Shown here in pieces: positions 62,839-64,000 of a DNA stretch of 64,000 bases (the first letter of the stretch is position 1; each line of letters begins with the position of its first letter). Where the stretch lies: positions 8,962-72,961 of the forward strand of contig JBILWC010000003.1 of assembly GCA_044370105.1 (NCBI GenBank), read 5' to 3'. Under the pieces are notes generated by a model. It ran no database searches. It saw only the letters and a program-made list of their open reading frames with translations, and was not told the origin of the DNA. This stretch comes from Steroidobacteraceae bacterium (GTDB taxonomy: Bacteria > Pseudomonadota > Gammaproteobacteria > Steroidobacterales > Steroidobacteraceae). The position numbers were made by a program, and so were the translations under genes.

Positions 62839-63630
62839 ATGACCGTCACCCTCAAGTCCCCGCAAGAACAGCAGAAAATGCGCGAGGCCGGCCGCCTCGC
62901 CGCCGAGGTCCTCGACCTCATCGGCGAGCACGTCAAACCCGGCGTGACCACCGACGAGCTCGACCGCATCTGCCACGAGCACATCACCCGCGTGCAACAG
63001 GCAACGCCCGCGAACCTCAACTACCGCGGGTTCCCGAAGACCATCTGCGCCTCGGTGAACCACGTGGTCTGCCACGGCATCCCGGGCGACAAGAAGGTGA
63101 AGGATGGCGACATCGTCAACATCGACGTCACGGTCATCCGCGACGGCTTTCATGGCGACACGAGCCGCATGTATTTCGTGGGCAAGCCCACCCCGCTCGC
63201 GCAGCGTCTCGTCGACGTCACCTTTGAAGCCATGTGGCTCGGCATTCGGCAGGTGCGCCCCGGCGCCACGCTCGGCGACATCGGTCATGCCATTCAAAAG
63301 CATGTGGAAGCCCAGGGCTTCTCGGTCGTGCGCGAATACTGTGGTCACGGCATCGGCCGCATCTACCACGAAGATCCGCAAGTCCTGCATTACGGCCAGC
63401 CCGGCACGGGCCTCAAACTTCAGGCCGGCATGACCTTCACCATCGAGCCGATGGTCAACGCCGGCAAACGACACGTCAAACTATTGCCCGACGGCTGGAC
63501 CGTCGTCACCAAAGATCACTCGCTCTCGGCGCAGTGGGAGCACACCGTGCTCGTCACCGACACCGGCTACGAAGTGCTGACGATGGGCCAACTCTCGCGC
63601 GAACCGGGCCTGCTCGAAGGCGCAGCCTGA
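62839..63630 (+). CDS. map: Type I methionine aminopeptidase
   Basis: Last 263 codons of track ORF 61084..63630, starting MTVTLKSPQEQQKMREAG. Metal ligands lie in VCHGIP, DIVNIDV, GHGIG, FTIEP, QWEHT. Confidence 0.97.
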   Translation: MTVTLKSPQEQQKMREAGRLAAEVLDLIGEHVKPGVTTDELDRICHEHITRVQQATPANLNYRGFPKTICASVNHVVCHGIPGDKKVKDGDIVNIDVTVIRDGFHGDTSRMYFVGKPTPLAQRLVDVTFEAMWLGIRQVRPGATLGDIGHAIQKHVEAQGFSVVREYCGHGIGRIYHEDPQVLHYGQPGTGLKLQAGMTFTIEPMVNAGKRHVKLLPDGWTVVTKDHSLSAQWEHTVLVTDTGYEVLTMGQLSREPGLLEGAA

Positions 63631-64000
63631 TGCCGACGCGCGCCCTGCTCGAGGCGCTCCCGGCGCGGGTCGCCGCGGCAGGTCACAGCGCCGAGGCCTA
63701 CGCGCAGATCCTGCGCGAGGGACAAACCGAAATGCGACGCCGTTTCGAGGCTGAAGAGCCCGTCGAAACGCTCGTTCGCGCACGTGCGAAGCTGCTCGAT
63801 GGCGTGCTGCACGACGCCTGGCGCACGCGTCTGCCGAACCACGATGCCGACTGGTCGCTCGTCGCGGTCGGCGGCTACGGGCGCGGCGAACTGCACCCCT
63901 ACTCCGACGTCGATATCCTCATCCTCGTGCCGCATACGCTCGATGAGACGGGTCGCGCAGCCATCGAACACTTCGTGACGTTTCTTTGGGATATCGGCAT
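63630..64000 (+). CDS. glnD: Bifunctional uridylyltransferase/uridylyl-removing enzyme GlnD (partial, N-terminus only)
   Basis: ATG at 63630 shares one nt with the map TGA. The frame stays open to the window end. WSLVAVGGYGRGELHPYSDVDILILV is the nucleotidyltransferase motif. Confidence 0.93.
   Translation, partial: MPTRALLEALPARVAAAGHSAEAYAQILREGQTEMRRRFEAEEPVETLVRARAKLLDGVLHDAWRTRLPNHDADWSLVAVGGYGRGELHPYSDVDILILVPHTLDETGRAAIEHFVTFLWDIG

Overview
High-GC chromosomal segment (GC judged by eye, not computed). Gene content and order look like a Xanthomonadales/Lysobacterales-type gammaproteobacterium; that assignment is an inference from synteny only. I call about 62 protein-coding genes, nearly all housekeeping and mostly on the minus strand. 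In window order they are: comEC (partial), DUF2062, two LolC/E permeases plus lolD, mfd, nagZ, rlmD, a PolB-like exonuclease, pdxJ-recO, era-rnc-lepB-lepA, rpoE-rseA-rseB plus a glutaredoxin-like gene, an SDHAF4-like gene with sdhCDAB-sdhE, ygfZ, lysS-prfB-recJ and an RpfE-type gene, pcm-surE, smr, truD-ispF-ispD-ftsB-eno-kdsA-pyrG, then the long run tilS-accA-dnaE-rnhB-lpxB-lpxA-fabZ-lpxD-skp-bamA-rseP-dxr-cdsA-uppS-frr-pyrH-tsf-rpsB, and finally map and glnD (partial). prfB carries the classical programmed +1 frameshift. Many ORF-track entries carry spurious Arg/Ala-rich N-terminal extensions. I trimmed these to homology-supported starts, computed by codon arithmetic from the track coordinates. 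I see no rRNA, tRNA, CRISPR, transposase, integrase, phage, toxin-antitoxin or recognisable defence genes. I did not find a convincing novel multi-gene system, and this looks like an ordinary core region. The items most worth a second look are: a 302-bp intergenic element with ~60-bp GC-rich terminal inverted repeats around an AT-rich core (32526-32827); tilS, whose essential PP-loop lies upstream of any ATG/GTG/TTG, implying a CTG start fused to the accA stop; the sdh operon bracketed by two assembly-factor homologues, one missed by standard ORF calling; a hairpin plus U7 only 12 nt upstream of pyrG; and an RpfE-type protein of unknown function coupled to recJ.
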